Shown: positions 48,644-62,361 of the stretch, one piece after another
Numbering within the stretch: position 1 is the stretch's first letter
How the letters are laid out: every line of letters begins with the position of its first letter
DNA from: Lepidodermella squamata
Taxonomy: Eukaryota; Animalia; Gastrotricha
Assembly (NCBI GenBank): GCA_047495785.1
Contig: JBLDXI010000009.1
Location: forward strand, 5,270,001 to 5,334,000
DNA: 64,000 nucleotides
Direction: 5' to 3'
Program-made: the position numbers and the translations under genes
The notes under the pieces: generated by a model
What the model was told of the DNA's origin: nothing
Databases searched by the model: none
What the model saw: only the letters and a program-made list of their open reading frames with translations

Positions 48644-51600
48644 TTATCTGCATCGAGCTCGAAATTTCAGTAACGATAAATTTTATCCAATTTAACGATC
48701 TCTATTTTTAGTAACAATCTGGTGCCTCAGCAAACACAGGTGTCACCAGCGTGTGAAATAACAAAATCCTAGCATTTTATCATTTTTGGGACGCTAATGC
48801 AAAGAGTCAGGCGATCAACAGGTGGTGTAGTATACGATCAGACAGGTTGAAAATCGTAAAATAAAGTTCAAAAAAAGCTGGTTCAAATGTGGGTATATGA
48901 CTCAACGCGCGCGTCGTTGAGTAAACAACTAGTCTAGGCCAAAAGTGCTTGCGATTAATACATGGCGAATTTCTGATATTCGCGTCATTCCAAAATGTTT
49001 TTAATTACTTGATTAAAAATTACCGCGTGTATTCGAAACAGTCGCTCGCTTTCTAATGAGCTCAATTGCGTGTAATAAATCTCTTCTTGTGGGGTAAGTT
49101 GGGTAAGCCATCATTGCCAATCGCTGGCAATTTTATTTTTATGTATCTATTCTGGGAAATTTCGGACACTTGTAACATTTGGCCTAGTTAAAGACTCGCT
49201 CATAACCGCTCATCCCCTGAGACACTCCAAGAACTTTAATCAAGGGATTATATCGATACGTATCCGTTTCTTTTACACTCTGATAAATGTAATGCGTCAT
49301 GCTTAACAATCGATCTGAGAGGGTTGAAAATTCGACTTATAGCTGTTGCCTTTGATTCAAGCTTTCTCGGAATGTCTTTAATTTTCAGTTCAATTCACAT
49401 TTAAACCTGATAAAATTTATTTATGTGTATCCCAATTTTCTACTTGCTAATCCATGTGTGTCAAGTACTAGTTTTCAGCAATCGATTGCTTCTCGTATAA
49501 CTGGAATTGTAAGAGTACGATTTTTGTCTGGTTGTCTCGGCCGCGCTGATTCTTACACCAGCAAATATTGACACTAATTAAGCTGTTCCAATTAACGATT
49601 TTTTGCAAAGGAAAGAACTTGTTCATGTCCTTATGAAGTGATAGCTTTTCCAAAACAAGCAAACATTTGCTGAGCCAATAGCCCTAATAGCAAGTTATAT
49701 TTTGTTGCCCTTGCGCACTTGTCTACATCACATTTCAACTACTCACACTCATTCCTGATTCGATAGAATTATTCAGATGTTATCCAGGGCAAATAGAATT
49801 TTTCAATGAAGAGCTGCTTCCAATCTGGTTACTTTTTTACTTCTTTCTTGTTATTCTTAATTGTAATCTCAAGGCTGGCATCTCAAGATTTCCATATTAT
49901 ACGCATGCGTTTCCAATCATCGAAAAAGCAATTTTAATTGGAAAAGTCCCAATTTCCCATTCCACTCTTGTCATTCATATCAGATATGACCGAAAATTTC
50001 CATAGTAAGCCGAAGGCTTTAAGTTGTTCATTCTATTAAAAATCAGAATAATTAATCAACTTGTTCTAGAATCGCTATATCAATGCATTATTTGCTACGC
50101 CTTCAGCTATCAGTCGGTTCATTTTCCAATTTCAACCTCTTCTCTGAACGATTATTATAGCGTTCGCCATCTAGACGTATGATTCAAACTTCCTAATATG
50201 ATAGCCCATTCGATCATTTGCAGAAAAGGAGAGTCGCAATTTTCCGCACTTATTCTCTTTTTTTACTACTTGACTGCAGGGGCTTCGACCTATAGAATGG
50301 TACTTGAAGGTTTGAAGTTTTGACTGTATCCGATAGTTCGTAAGGATCAATGCGAAAACTGATATCTCCCTAATCTTGAAGTTCTCTTTTTGATATTGGA
50401 GCGCCGATAAGTAATCAATAATCACTAATTGTTCGTTTCGATTGTTACCAAGTCATTGGATAGAGTTGATGATTCCTCTTTCCTGTTTCCTCCGTACTCT
50501 TTTCTTCTTAACTGAACTTCAGCTAGATGTTAATTATTAATCGGTTGAGCAGGCGAAACCCGCCTTAAGCCACCTCTTAATAGTTAATATAGGCCGCATC
50601 AATTCAGTATGGCACCTTCTAGTAAGAAGGCCCAATTAGAGCTGGATGGCCTTATAATATACAGTCGCTACAGCTGCACGTCACTCATCTGGCAATGTCC
50701 TGAAATGATGTCGTCGGATACGTACAACACACGGGTGCGTTCCGATTATTCTCCGGCGTTTTAGTGTCGTCCATGGGCGGCATCACGCGATCGTCGCCTG
50801 GCGACGCACCAGTTCATGATTAATCGCGCGCAATTACGCGCTGCCCGTCGGCGCACCAGTGGCAGCTCGTTAACTGGCAGGCCGAGCTGATAGCATATAG
50901 CGAGCCGCCAACATCACAGCTGATTATCAGCTACTACTACTACGGCCCTACAAGTATACTCTAGTAGCGCCATGTCCGCTCAGAAAACAAGCGCGCGTTT
51001 CACTTCTCTCTCGCGCCTGTCCATCACTCGCTGCATTAGCCGCATCATATAACGCCTGAGCAAATAGCTGTACGTAAATCGATCTAGATAGCCATACCTC
51101 AACTACGACTACTACTACGCCCATTCATACACCGCGCGGCCTGGCTACTTATACCGGCCTGCGATTTTCGCTAATTACTAATTATACAGGCCTAGATTGC
51201 ATATTACCGTAAATTGCACGCAACACGTGCTGCGAAATGCTTTTACCTTTTACGAGTGAATTTCCTGCTGTAATTATGCACTAATCAGTTTACCTGCCTC
51301 TCGCTATCTATGCCTCTCACTGATTGTTTCCGATTTGTCTCAGATTTTTCCGCCATGAAACTCATTCCTAAGATGTGGGTTATATCTCCCGAATTTCGGA
51401 AGCAACAAATTTTACCTTGATTCATCTACTGGTTGCGCCAACTCTTTGTTGGAACTCTTTTCCGGTAACATTGGTATTTTTCTCTTACAGCACTTCCTTG
51501 ATGGTACCCTTGAGCACGAGTCACTCCACAGTGCTTCTGCGCATGTCTTACTCCTTTCTTCGTTGTTGATCGCTCGGCGAGACGCCTGAGTAAACAAGCG

Positions 51601-54600
51601 CTTTATTTTGAAGTTTATTATTATTATTTGGTATTTCTTAATTATCCAATATATACTCTCGTATGGTATTTGAAAATTTCAGCATCGTATGATGAAGTCA
51701 GCAAATTTCAACTCAGCTTCGAAATTTGACTGGAAACCTGCTAGAACTGCTCCTAATTTCTTCTCCAATTACATTTTAGTGTTGTAAATTAAAGCTATGT
51801 ATTCGCCTCAGCTTTTTGATTACTTTGGAAGATGAATGCAGTTTTTGAATAGCCCTGACTTTGCTAGAACAAATGATGGCACTTCCAATGTTTTTGAAGG
51901 TATCTTATACCTTGGATCTATACCTCACCCTTGATGGCAACTTGGGTCACTACTCTAAAAGGATAGTCTTTACTCTTATTTTAGAGCTGCTATGCAGCAT
52001 ATATTGAACAATCCTTACTCAATGATCTCATCATTTTTGTATATTGCCCGAAGCTGAAAGCAATTCGTATTCTGTCAGGGTTTCTCCGAGAAAAAAGCCC
52101 GAAATATCGGTATCGATTGAATTTTTGAGAGTCTTCCTTGTTTTATCTGGGATTCATTGTTTATCTGCATGTTGGTGATGCTCACTGCTAGCTCACCTAA
52201 AGATGCTCACTGCTTTATGGACGGCTCCATCCGTGAATGAGTCGGACTCAATGATTGCTTGATTCCTGATAACGGGGCAGAGCGCAAGAATGCCAAAACA
52301 GATCAAGCTGGCTCCATCAGACAGTACGAGAATTACTCTCAGTAGTGAAGTCTTCTTACATCCAAATCCCAGCGGATTTCGGCGGCCATTCAGTAGTCCA
52401 TTATTTGTCTCAGAATAAAGGCAAAATAATCATCACCACTCAGCGATGATCTTTCACGTCAACCCTATACTTAATTCCTATCCTAGATAAAGACTCTACT
52501 ACGACAAATCGCGCTTTGAAAGATAAATAGCCGGGAAGTTTCTATTACACGATGTTCAATTCACACCAGTAACTCGCACTAGACATGGTGGTGCATTGAG
52601 CCAGCCGCGCGTCGACATGGCGCCCATTGACAGCGGCCGACCTCAGACAGGCTACGTCAACTTGACTCGCGCAAAAAATCACGCGTCCGCTGTAAAACAG
52701 GCCAACATCAAGCAATAAGCAAGCGAATCTGTATCGATCGATCGATTTCTAACGCGTCCCTACGAGCTGGGCCGGTTTAGTGTCCATATGCTTAATACCT
52801 GATGTATTGTTTACGCGCCTCATTGTTGTTCGTTACTTGTGTTGATGTAGTTTGCGAAAAAAGGCGCCGCGATGACGCGCCCGTCATGTCATTACGCCAA
52901 TCGATTGCCTGCGTTGTAGTCGCCGTTTTGTTGATTTTTCGCGTTAATTTATTGCGCGCCGCAATGGCGCGTGTCATCCGCGTGCTTAACCGCCGCCGCC
53001 GCATCATCAGCATGCCGATTTGTCCGCCGTCCCCACCCACACCGCCGTTGTTGTTGTTGTTATTGTTGTTTTTCAGCGGCGATTTTTCGCTTACGATATA
53101 TGTACATATATTTTTATTCGATGCAAATGGTCGTTGCTTTTCCACACGCCGTCGCCTCATTTTGATGCGAACGCCAATTGATTGGCCTATTTGCAAGTTA
53201 TTGAGATCAATTTGAATTTGATCTCTTGTTGATACGATGAGCTATCAAAATAGTGACAGCTCATAAATACTTGGCTTACGACGATAAGACTCGCCAAAAA
53301 TGTTACCTTCGAAATAATAGGCAATTTTTTCCATGGAACGAAAACCTATTGTAGGCACCTGATCAACAAATTGAATTCATTCTATTGAAAATTACAATTG
53401 AACTTAACGCTTCAGCTTTTTTAATAATTTGTTGATGAAAATCCGAACCCATGAAAAATTTAGCTAATTTTGCGAATTTTCAGATATGAGTTTTAGAACT
53501 GATTTCCAGAAATTTATATCCAAAATTGCATTAACTCTTAATTTGCGAATTCTTAACCTTTCTGAAACAGATAAAATATTGAAAATATCGAAAGTAGAAC
53601 ATTTTGAATCTCTGATCTTCCGATCTTTTTTTCATTTTTCTTAACTTTCGAAATTTCTGTCCAAACTTTCCAAATCCAAAATGGGCTATTAGCGATTGTT
53701 TTATGGAATTAATTGACAATTATTTTTATTTTGAGTGATTTTTGCCCTAGTTCTATTTTTTCTTTATATTTATGACCCCGAGAATATCTGCAGCATTTTG
53801 TTATAGGTCCGATCTGGCTGTAGGTCAAGCGAGACGTACGTTATTAGGATATAAGACGGCCTACGATCGCGGGGCGTTTTCTTATAATCAGCAATCAGCC
53901 CTAATTGCTGCTCAATCCGCGCACCTGAGACGATGAGCCAGAAAAACAATAAAACTAGCCTTGGGCATACATTTGCATACATGTCTAAATTCCTATAATG
54001 CACGACTCAAATTCGCATGTTTAAGGAACGGCCGTTTTGTTGTTCGTCCTTTTTATGTGCAAAAGTACAATATGCGAATAAGTATTATTAGATTAAGGGC
54101 CCGTTGTCTTTGCTGGGCGTGCGATAAATTGCGAGCCAATTGCATGCGTAAAGCGCGCCCCGCCCCGCTGATGAGCCGCGTCGCCGCGCCGCTGTTACTA
54201 CAACAAAATATTTCGCCTGTTTTATTTTGTTGTGCATTATTTACAACAAGTCGGCCCGACAAAATCGGCGGCCAAACACATGTGCTCGCGCGCGCGAACA
54301 AATACTCGCACAACATGTCGCGGGTGGACTATAATATATCGAATTACGCGACAAGCCGCGACTGGAATCACCCTTAAAGAAAAAAACGCGCATTACCTGC
54401 GCGAAATATTTAGCGCAAACACAACAATGGGCATTGTTTGCTTGCCGCTTGTCGCACGGTGAAATCAGCTTCTTCCGCCTCTTTCACTTTATTACATCGA
54501 TTCGAGCTGTTATTGCATTATTATATCAATTGTTGGCTTGGCTTTAATAAATTCGCTACGTGTAAGCTACCAGTTTCCGCGTTCGAATCGCGATCAGATT

Positions 54601-54749
54601 ATGATAACTCATGCACAAATTATAATTGGCATGAGAACGAATTTCAAACGAAATATTATAGCTCAAATTCAGCATCCTCCGAAATTTTACATAGTTTCGA
54701 AGCAGCTATATATTACCTCGGGTTCGCTTTATATATTTAAAAAAATATA

Positions 54750-55360
54750 CCGTATTTCTCGAAAATATACGACACACCTGTATATATCCCCGCTCCCTAA
54801 TACAACCCGACGAAAAAATCGTTTGTTCATATTTAACCCAGGCCTCGAAATTGTACCACAGCTATTTTAATTTGGGCGAAGCATGCGTTGGAACAAAAGA
54901 AAAGCCTTATTAATGACGCATTATCGTAATCAGTGATTAGCTATCGCGTAAGCAGCTTCGCAACGTCTGATCTTGGCACCATTCATAAGCCAGCAGAAAA
55001 TGCCCATTCAGCATTCACTAGCTGAGACACAGAGTTTTATTTTAACATTTTCATATCCTTCTTAATCGTTTTAACCTTCTGGAATCGATGATGGCTGGCT
55101 CTCCTGATCGTCTTCAAGATTCCGTCCAGGTGTCCGAAGAAGACAAGCGAAAGCGGCACCGCAAGTATTCCCTCGCATTTTCACTGAATCGACAAATAAA
55201 ACAATCTAAAAACGTCGTCTTAATACGAATTGCTCGCGGCTTTTTGTGATGATTCGCAATTAAACAGCACACCCGTATATATCCCCACTCCCTAATACAA
55301 CCCGAATCAAAAATCATTTGTTCATAAATATAGCCCGCGGTAAATTTTCGAGAAATACGG
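54750..55360. mobile_element. Tc2/pogo-like MITE
   Basis: TIR CCGTATTTCTCGAAAAT; TA TSD; internal direct repeat ATATATCCCCRCTCCCTAATACAACCCGA. Confidence 0.8.
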
Positions 55361-56359
55361 TATACAATTCTGAAAATAATTTACTGAGATCCAATGCAAT
55401 TTTTCGATTTGGAAAATATTTGTGTATCCTCAACTTGGTGCCTAAAAATTGGAAATTTGGTTCCTCTTTTCCTTGAATTTTTTTATGCTGTTTGTTTTTC
55501 TCTTTTTGAAGTCAGCAATCAGCATTCATTTAATATTCAACTAGATTTTTCTTATCTTAATATTGTTTTTTTACTAATTATTCCTCCTCTCGTATAGTGT
55601 TTTTAAAATTGTTGGAAAAAAACGCAGGGCCGATGGTATTTTAGGCCTGCCGATATCGCTGCCGCCTGCGAGCAAGAAACAAGCCGAGGCGACGGATGCC
55701 GCGCAGCAGCCGAGTGTGACCGAACCGTGACGCGCCCGAAACAGGACCTAACCAGCGCCGCGGCGCCCGGCCGCCAGTCAGGTATGCAATTCCTATTCTC
55801 AAAGTTTATCCGCATTAACGCCCTGGCGCCGACCTCATCTTATCATTTAATAACCTGTGTTAATTAATCTGGCGGAATAAGGAATAGGGTATTAACCATG
55901 CTTAACAGCCTCTTAACAGTTGCAACAACCAATCGTGTTATTGTTATGACTACTGTTCAGCGTTGCATGTCTGTAAATAAATCCTGCGCCCGCAGCTGAT
56001 GTTTACGCGAGAGATTATGGGGGTGCGCGCTGGGTCCCTAGGGTGCGCACTCGGGCAAAAATCTAGGCCGATGATGATGATGATGATTATGAGGAGGAGG
56101 AGCATGTTTTGGCACCGGACACCAGCTGCGGCAGCAGGTTTGTAGGCGTTAATAGCCCGACACGCTTTGACAGTTATCGCGGCGTGAATAGCTTGTTTTC
56201 CTAAACGCGCCTTTGACGCCACTTGTTGTTTACGATGGGCCAATTTAACGCGCTAGATTTAATAGACTGCGCGTTAAATCTGCCTTCTCTCTCGACTTTT
56301 ATTTACTCTTTTTATTAAAATCCGATGGTTGAATTTTGTGTTTGTGCATTGCAGCGAGG

Positions 56360-59292
56360 ATGCTGCTGCCGGGCGTGAGCGGCTGCCTGGCCGCTGTGCA
56401 GACGAGCAGTGGTGGTGACAAGCCGGAAGTCAGCAACCGGACATCGCGGCCGTATCTTCGAGCGACGAGGCCGAGACGCAGTTCGCCTTGGCTAGTGCTG
56501 GCTCGCGTCATGCTCTTCTCGAACGCCTCCATGCTATGCATGATGTTGGGTAAGTTCAATCCCATAAAATTCAATCCCTAAATCAACTCGCACTCATGAT
56601 CCGTTCAGTTCATCATTAATATTCCAATTATAATACTGATTCCGTAGATTGGTAAAAATTATGTTTTCAATTGCAATGGGACCCCACTTGGCACGGTACA
56701 GTTGTCCGACAGGGAAAAATTGGTGGCAAAATCTGAGGTATGGAAAGAACGGTGAAAAATCAGCATTTCAAACTTCGAGGAGGGATCCATTAGTCAATGC
56801 GGGATGATAATGTGATACAATCATGAAATCTTACGAGGGATGCCTTATGTGGTGGGGTTGTAGGTTGTGGGTCTGAAGATCCCGTGGTCGATGGAAAAAT
56901 CGTGAAAATTGTAGTTTATACTAGAGTAACAACATTCTATCCTAGGATCTTGATCCTTAACCACTCATTCCTCATTTCTCGTTTTTTAATTTCAGTGCAA
57001 GGGTTCAAGTCGACCCTATCGCCGACTGAAGAGCCTACGTCACTTATGAACAGCGACCGCGGTCGGCAGGTGTTCCTAGCAACCAACACCATGCCATCAG
57101 CGAATCGCTACCTGCAAGAGAAAAGCGACGACACTCTGACTACAGCACCTACAACCACAACAGAACGAGCCGCGACGTCACGCCCGTCGACGTCGGCCGA
57201 GCATAAGCTGTACGAAACGCTGTTCAAGCGCTCGCTGTACCAAAAAAACGTCCGCCCGGTGCAGAACCATCTGCGTTCAATCAAAGTCCGCCTCGGTGTT
57301 TGCGTCATGACCATTGACGAGATCATTGAGAAGGACCAGACTATGATTACTTCCGGATGTATTAAAATGAAATGGAGCGATGAATTCTTGCAATGGGCAC
57401 CCGAGGCTTACTCAAATCTAACATGGCTCGTCATGCCTTCGACGGAAATTTGGCTGCCGGATATCGCCCTGGTCAATTCGCCAGATCCATATACAATTAC
57501 GAGAAAACCTGCCTTTGCTGAGGTGACTAACACCGGGCAGGTTGGCTACTACCCTTCCGGCCGTTTTTCGACACGTTGCGCCATTTCGCTGCTCTTCTTC
57601 CCGTTCGACATTCAAAAGTGCGAACTCCGCTTCGAGTCTTGGGTGTACCCGACTCAGTGGCTGCACATCGAGCCGTGGGAGCAGAACCCGATAGATATGA
57701 AGGACTTCTATCGCAACCACCAGTGGGACCTGGAACGCGTGTCGGCGATCCCGGGCAACATCAGCTACGACGGCCTTGACTTTTCGACGATGCGTTTCAT
57801 TTTCTACTTCCGGCGCCGCAGTCTCTACTACTCGGTGCTGTCTATCTTCCCCGGCGTGCTCATGTCCATGTTGCAAATGTTTAGCCACACTCTGCCCGTT
57901 GAACATCCAGGTAAAACATATTTTTTGTTTAATTTTTAGGCTACTATAAGTAACATCGAGAAACACCTTATTCTTGATATCAAATTATGTTCAAGTTCAC
58001 ATTCATGATTATTCTACGAAAATTGTTTCAGTTCAGCTGCTCACTGACCCTCGCAGTTATTGGGAGCGTAGTCGTTATTAGTTTGCGTACATCCTATCAA
58101 GTTTCACAATGGGGATATATAGGGCAGGCGGAAATTGGACCTAGTGATCCCGTAGAGGTTTGGTTTTCTCATCGTCAGGGGAATAATCATGCAGTGCATT
58201 TGATCACGCCAAATGCAACTTACACTACGCCTCAAATGCGTTGAGGGCAGTTTTTCCCACTCTATTCGATAAAATCACGGAAAACCAGTTTGCTCTAGGT
58301 ATGACTGCAGACTGATTTAGGGACAAAAAATCAAAAGGGCCCAAAATACTTAAATAAACCTAGAGGTAGAAAAATCAAAGAAAGAAATTTAGGAATTTAG
58401 GAAAGACTAACTTGTTTCTTCTACTTTTTCAGCTCGTATGACCCTGCTAACTTCGTTGTTCGTGTCAGCTTCCGTGTTGCAGTCCTCACTCGCGTCACAG
58501 ATGCCCAAGTCCAGCGACGGCATATCCCTCATTCAGATGTACCTGATGATTTTCAGCTCGAACCTCATCATATCCATGGTTGTCACCTTCGTCAACATGC
58601 ACGTATGGTTCCGCGTACCACTGGCCGAGGTGCCAAATGCAATTCGCATGCTACGGTCTTACCTCCTCGATACAGGCGGAACAACAGGCCGGCCTGTTGA
58701 AAAACCGCCCGCCGCTGAGAAGCCAACTCCAGCCAGTGCGTTGAAGGGCAGTCGATTAGCGGCGTCAGGGGGCCCAGTTGGTCCCTCGATCTCAGCAGGG
58801 TCGATCGCAAACCAGGGTGATGAACCGTCGATGAGTCGAGTTAACGAAATGGGCGTGCCCCAGTTCGTTAATCGAGCCGATCAAACCGAGGACGATGAAG
58901 CTGCATCCTTAGTCGTGAGCTACTGCTGTGGGGTTGTCCGGCACCGGACTACAGTCAGCGGCCGGCGGCGAGGCAATCGCCGGTTCTCTTCAGACACAGG
59001 AGGCGGTTTGCTTCGAAAGCGGGTGACTTCTAGTTCAAAGCCGCCGAGCAAATCACCGCCACCTGTTTCAAAACCTGCTGATTCAACAGCGACCCCGGGT
59101 AAGAAGCCGCTCGCCTCCGTCGTTCAAACGGTGCAGAGCCAGCTGACAGATCGCAAGGAGCGGTGGCTGCGGTTTTCGATGAAAGTAGACAAAGCTTTCC
59201 TATACGCAATGGCCATTTTCAACACAATATGCCCGATCACAATTTTTCTCATTGTGCCACAATTTCAGACGTACAATGACGGCGAGATGTAG
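56360..59292 (+). CDS. Cys-loop ligand-gated ion channel, non-alpha nAChR-like subunit; join(56360..56549,56996..57910,58433..59292); start codon uncertain (alternative 56510)
   Basis: WLPDIALVN, Cys-loop CAISLLFFPFDIQKC, FESWVY, RRRSLYY pre-M1, four TM helices, M4 preceded by MKVDK. Two phase-1 GT-AG introns keep the frame. Confidence 0.88.
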
Positions 59293-59586
59293 CAGAAGAT
59301 GATACACCTATGGAAATTTGAAATCATGAGACACTGCGTTATCTCACAAAGTATTACATTTAAATCTATCTTATCATAACATTTATTGTTAGGTTTTTTA
59401 AAGCAATTTTGATTGTGCAAAAATAAAGATGCCTGACCACTGAAACCGGTCTCTTTTTATGCAGTGAATAAACGGGGTCAAGGTTTAGCTCATACCTCAT
59501 ACCAAAAGCCTTCCTATTCTGGATCCTGATAGCGGAAAAGCATGATTATAAAAACACTACTCCATTATCACTACAGCTTATCAACT

Positions 59587-59660
59587 GGCCGCTTAGCTCA
59601 GTTGGTTAGAGCGTCGTGCTAATAACGCGAAGGTCGTGAGTTCGATCCTCCCAGTGGCCA
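59587..59660 (+). tRNA. tRNA-Ile(AAT)
   Basis: Cloverleaf GGCCGCT/AGTGGCC; anticodon loop CTAATAA; GTTCGATC; downstream T-run. Confidence 0.9.
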
Positions 59661-59953
59661 CATGTTTTTCAACAGTGTTGACTTGGAATTTCGAATTTTG
59701 AAAGCTTTCATCGAGGATCAAATTTTTTTTTTGAATATTACTCATTATTTATTACCTCAATCTATGGACCGTGAATCTCTGTATGGTTATATTAACGCTT
59801 CATTTTTTTATTTGCGCATGTTTACTTTTACCTGAATGAGAGCCTACGTAGTGAGTGACCTGCGGTCAATGTTTTTTTGCATTCAAGTGCTAGCGGCGTC
59901 ATTGCTTTGTTACGCATGTACATATTGGCGTTTGCGCCGGTCTTCTCATCAAA

Positions 59954-60039
59954 CCCGCGATAGCTCAGCTGGTAGAGCGGAGGACTGTAGATGTAACGCA
60001 GATATCCTTAGGTCGGTGGTTCAAGTCCGCCTCGCGGGA
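59954..60039 (+). tRNA. tRNA-Tyr(GTA) with 13-nt intron, copy 1
   Basis: CCCGCGA/TCGCGGG stem; CTGTAG followed by intron ATGTAACGCAGAT; GTTCAAGTC. Confidence 0.92.
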
Positions 60040-61112
60040 AATTACATTTTTCGTTTTATTTTTTATTTTTTTTTTATTGCAAATAATTATCGATCCGATA
60101 CTTTGTAAGCCAGCCTAAAATGCTCGTTTTCGTATTCGCAGAGGCGTATTGCCAAGAAATCGGCTCGCTTCACTTGCATCTAATTCGTTTTTAATTGTTT
60201 TCTGGTTTTACAGAAATAAAAGTATGTACTCTCCCAGAACAGCCCCAAAGACTTGAGGTTTCAGGCTTTGGGAAACGACATCTGTGATTTTTTAATCGCT
60301 CATTAACTGATGCCAAGAATTCCGCTAGTTCGAGCCAATCGACCGAAAACAGCTAAGAGAAAAAATATCGAAAAATTCAAGATTTTTTTCTAATTCGCAT
60401 ACACTTTTTCGGTAATTTTTTCGAGTGGCAGAAACTTTCAAGTTAGGAAGAAAATCGGAGGACTGGCCCAGTGCCAGCACCATTCATTTCATCGATAATT
60501 TGACGATTTCATTTAATTTTATTATCTACTATTTTAATTGCCCAAGGCATGATTAGCGTCGCTTGTCCCGTCCCCTATCTTCAACCCCTACATTTTATTC
60601 GCTTACATTTTACTCGGTCTTACCGCCAAGATGTGATTGTGGCTTCAAAATTGGTTACGATGCCTTTTCTTGCCGCCAACTTGTTTATAACTATTTTTTA
60701 TCTAAACCTAAACTGAAAAAATTGTAACTGTTGAATCTTTTGTTGGGTATTGTTGCTGATGCTGAAACGGACCGAATTGACATGACTATCTGCCACTTGC
60801 CTTTTACTTCAAGAAAACTTCCTTTTCTTAGCTCTCAACTTTGGGATTTGTGCTCTTAAATAAATAAAAATGAATAAATTATGATGCGCCGTGGTGGTCA
60901 CCGTGATCGCTCGGGCTAAGTTAATGCCTCCAATCAGCGCCAGGTCGGCGAAAAGCAGGGCCTAAACAAGCTGATCTCGGCAAGTGGCTCTCAGTGAATG
61001 AGCCTACGTAGTGAGTGACCTGTGGTGTATGTTTTTTTCATACAAGTGCTAGCGGCGTCTTTGCTTTGATACGCATGTACATATTGGCGTTTGCGCCGGT
61101 CTTCTCATCAAA

Positions 61113-61198
61113 CCCGCGATAGCTCAGCTGGTAGAGCGGAGGACTGTAGATGTAACGCAGATATCCTTAGGTCGGTGGTTCAAGTCCGCCTCGCGGGA
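61113..61198 (+). tRNA. tRNA-Tyr(GTA) with 13-nt intron, copy 2
   Basis: Identical to copy 1, with duplicated flanks. Confidence 0.92.
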
Positions 61199-61633
61199 AA
61201 TGACATTTTTCGTTTTATTTTTTATTTATTATTTATTTTTTCATTGCAAATCGATCCGATAATTTTTTTACTTTGAAGCGCAGATAGAAATTGCAGCGTG
61301 CTTCATAAATTATGTTATGTCCCGTAGTTGAAGGCAGAAGTCTTTTATTTTGTTTTTATTAATAGTAGTATAGACTATAGAGGAGAAGTAAGGAGTAGAG
61401 AGTCATAAGTTTCGCATGCTATGGCAGATTGCTATGGGTAAGAAAGATCTTCTTCCCTAATTTTCCGATGAAATGGAAATGGCAAAATTTTTCGAAGTTA
61501 GTACGGTTGTAAAACAATTAATTAGCTAATTTTCAAACGGAGAGGAAAAAGTGCGCCTAAATCGTCAACCTAATTAAGCGGAGATCATCATAAAGCTAGT
61601 ACAAAAATTTTGTAAAATAAAATGAAAAAGAAT

Positions 61634-61706
61634 CGCCCGATGTGGGGCTCGAACCCACGACCCTGGGATTAAGAGTCCCATGCTCTACCGACTGAGCTAA
61701 CCGGGC
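61634..61706 (-). tRNA. tRNA-Lys(CTT)
   Basis: Reverse complement GCCCGGTTAGCTCAGTCGGTAGAGCATGGGACTCTTAATCCCAGGGTCGTGGGTTCGAGCCCCACATCGGGCG. Confidence 0.93.
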
Positions 61707-62183
61707 TTGCTTATCTATAAGCAATCATATGCCAGCCTTATACACACACATGCACGCCTGCAAAAAATAGTGCGCGCAGAAAAAAACTTGTGCGCGATGT
61801 CAAATAAAACGGGGGTTTTACGAACTCACGCAGCCGCAATTCGTCGTATAAAATTGAACATACACTCTCGTCGTTTATATGGATTTTGTTTAGAAAAAAG
61901 TATGTGATTTTATTGTCACATGACCTTAGTTACATACCTCGACTTTTTTTATTAAGAAATCACTCATAGTTATAGATTATTTATTTATACAACGTTTTTC
62001 GGAATTTTTACATCGTTTCTGAGCTAAAAGCTGCCGATATTCATATTTTCTACATCAAAAAAATAAAATTACCTTGCGCGAAATTTAGTTTTAGCGCTGC
62101 AGTTCCACCTTGCTCGTAGCAAGGTTATTTCATGTTTGTTTTTTTGCAAACACATACCTTGTTCTCAGTCCATGGTACTGTCT

Positions 62184-62200
62184 GCTTCTGTGGCGCAATT

Positions 62201-62240
<40 letters not shown>

Positions 62241-62257
62241 GAGCCCACCCAGGAGCG
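62184..62257 (+). tRNA. tRNA-Asn(GTT)
   Basis: GCTTCTG/CAGGAGC stem; TTCGGCTGTTAACCGAA anticodon arm; GGTTCGAGCCC; T-run terminator. Confidence 0.93.
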
Positions 62258-62361
62258 CATGTTTTTATTTATTTTTTATTTTTTTATTTTTTATCCTTTT
62301 TTCTCCCATTGACAATTTTTATTCGAATTTTTCGATTTCGAGTAGAAAATTAAACAATTTA

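Noticed and set aside
52792-54870. 130-138 aa ORFs in CG-rich blocks
   Set aside because: Low-complexity, no domains, no consistent splice structure; more likely regulatory DNA.
60881-60976. Possible C/D snoRNA (ATGATG...CTGA) between the tRNAs
   Set aside because: Imperfect C box, no terminal stem, no recognisable guide sequence.
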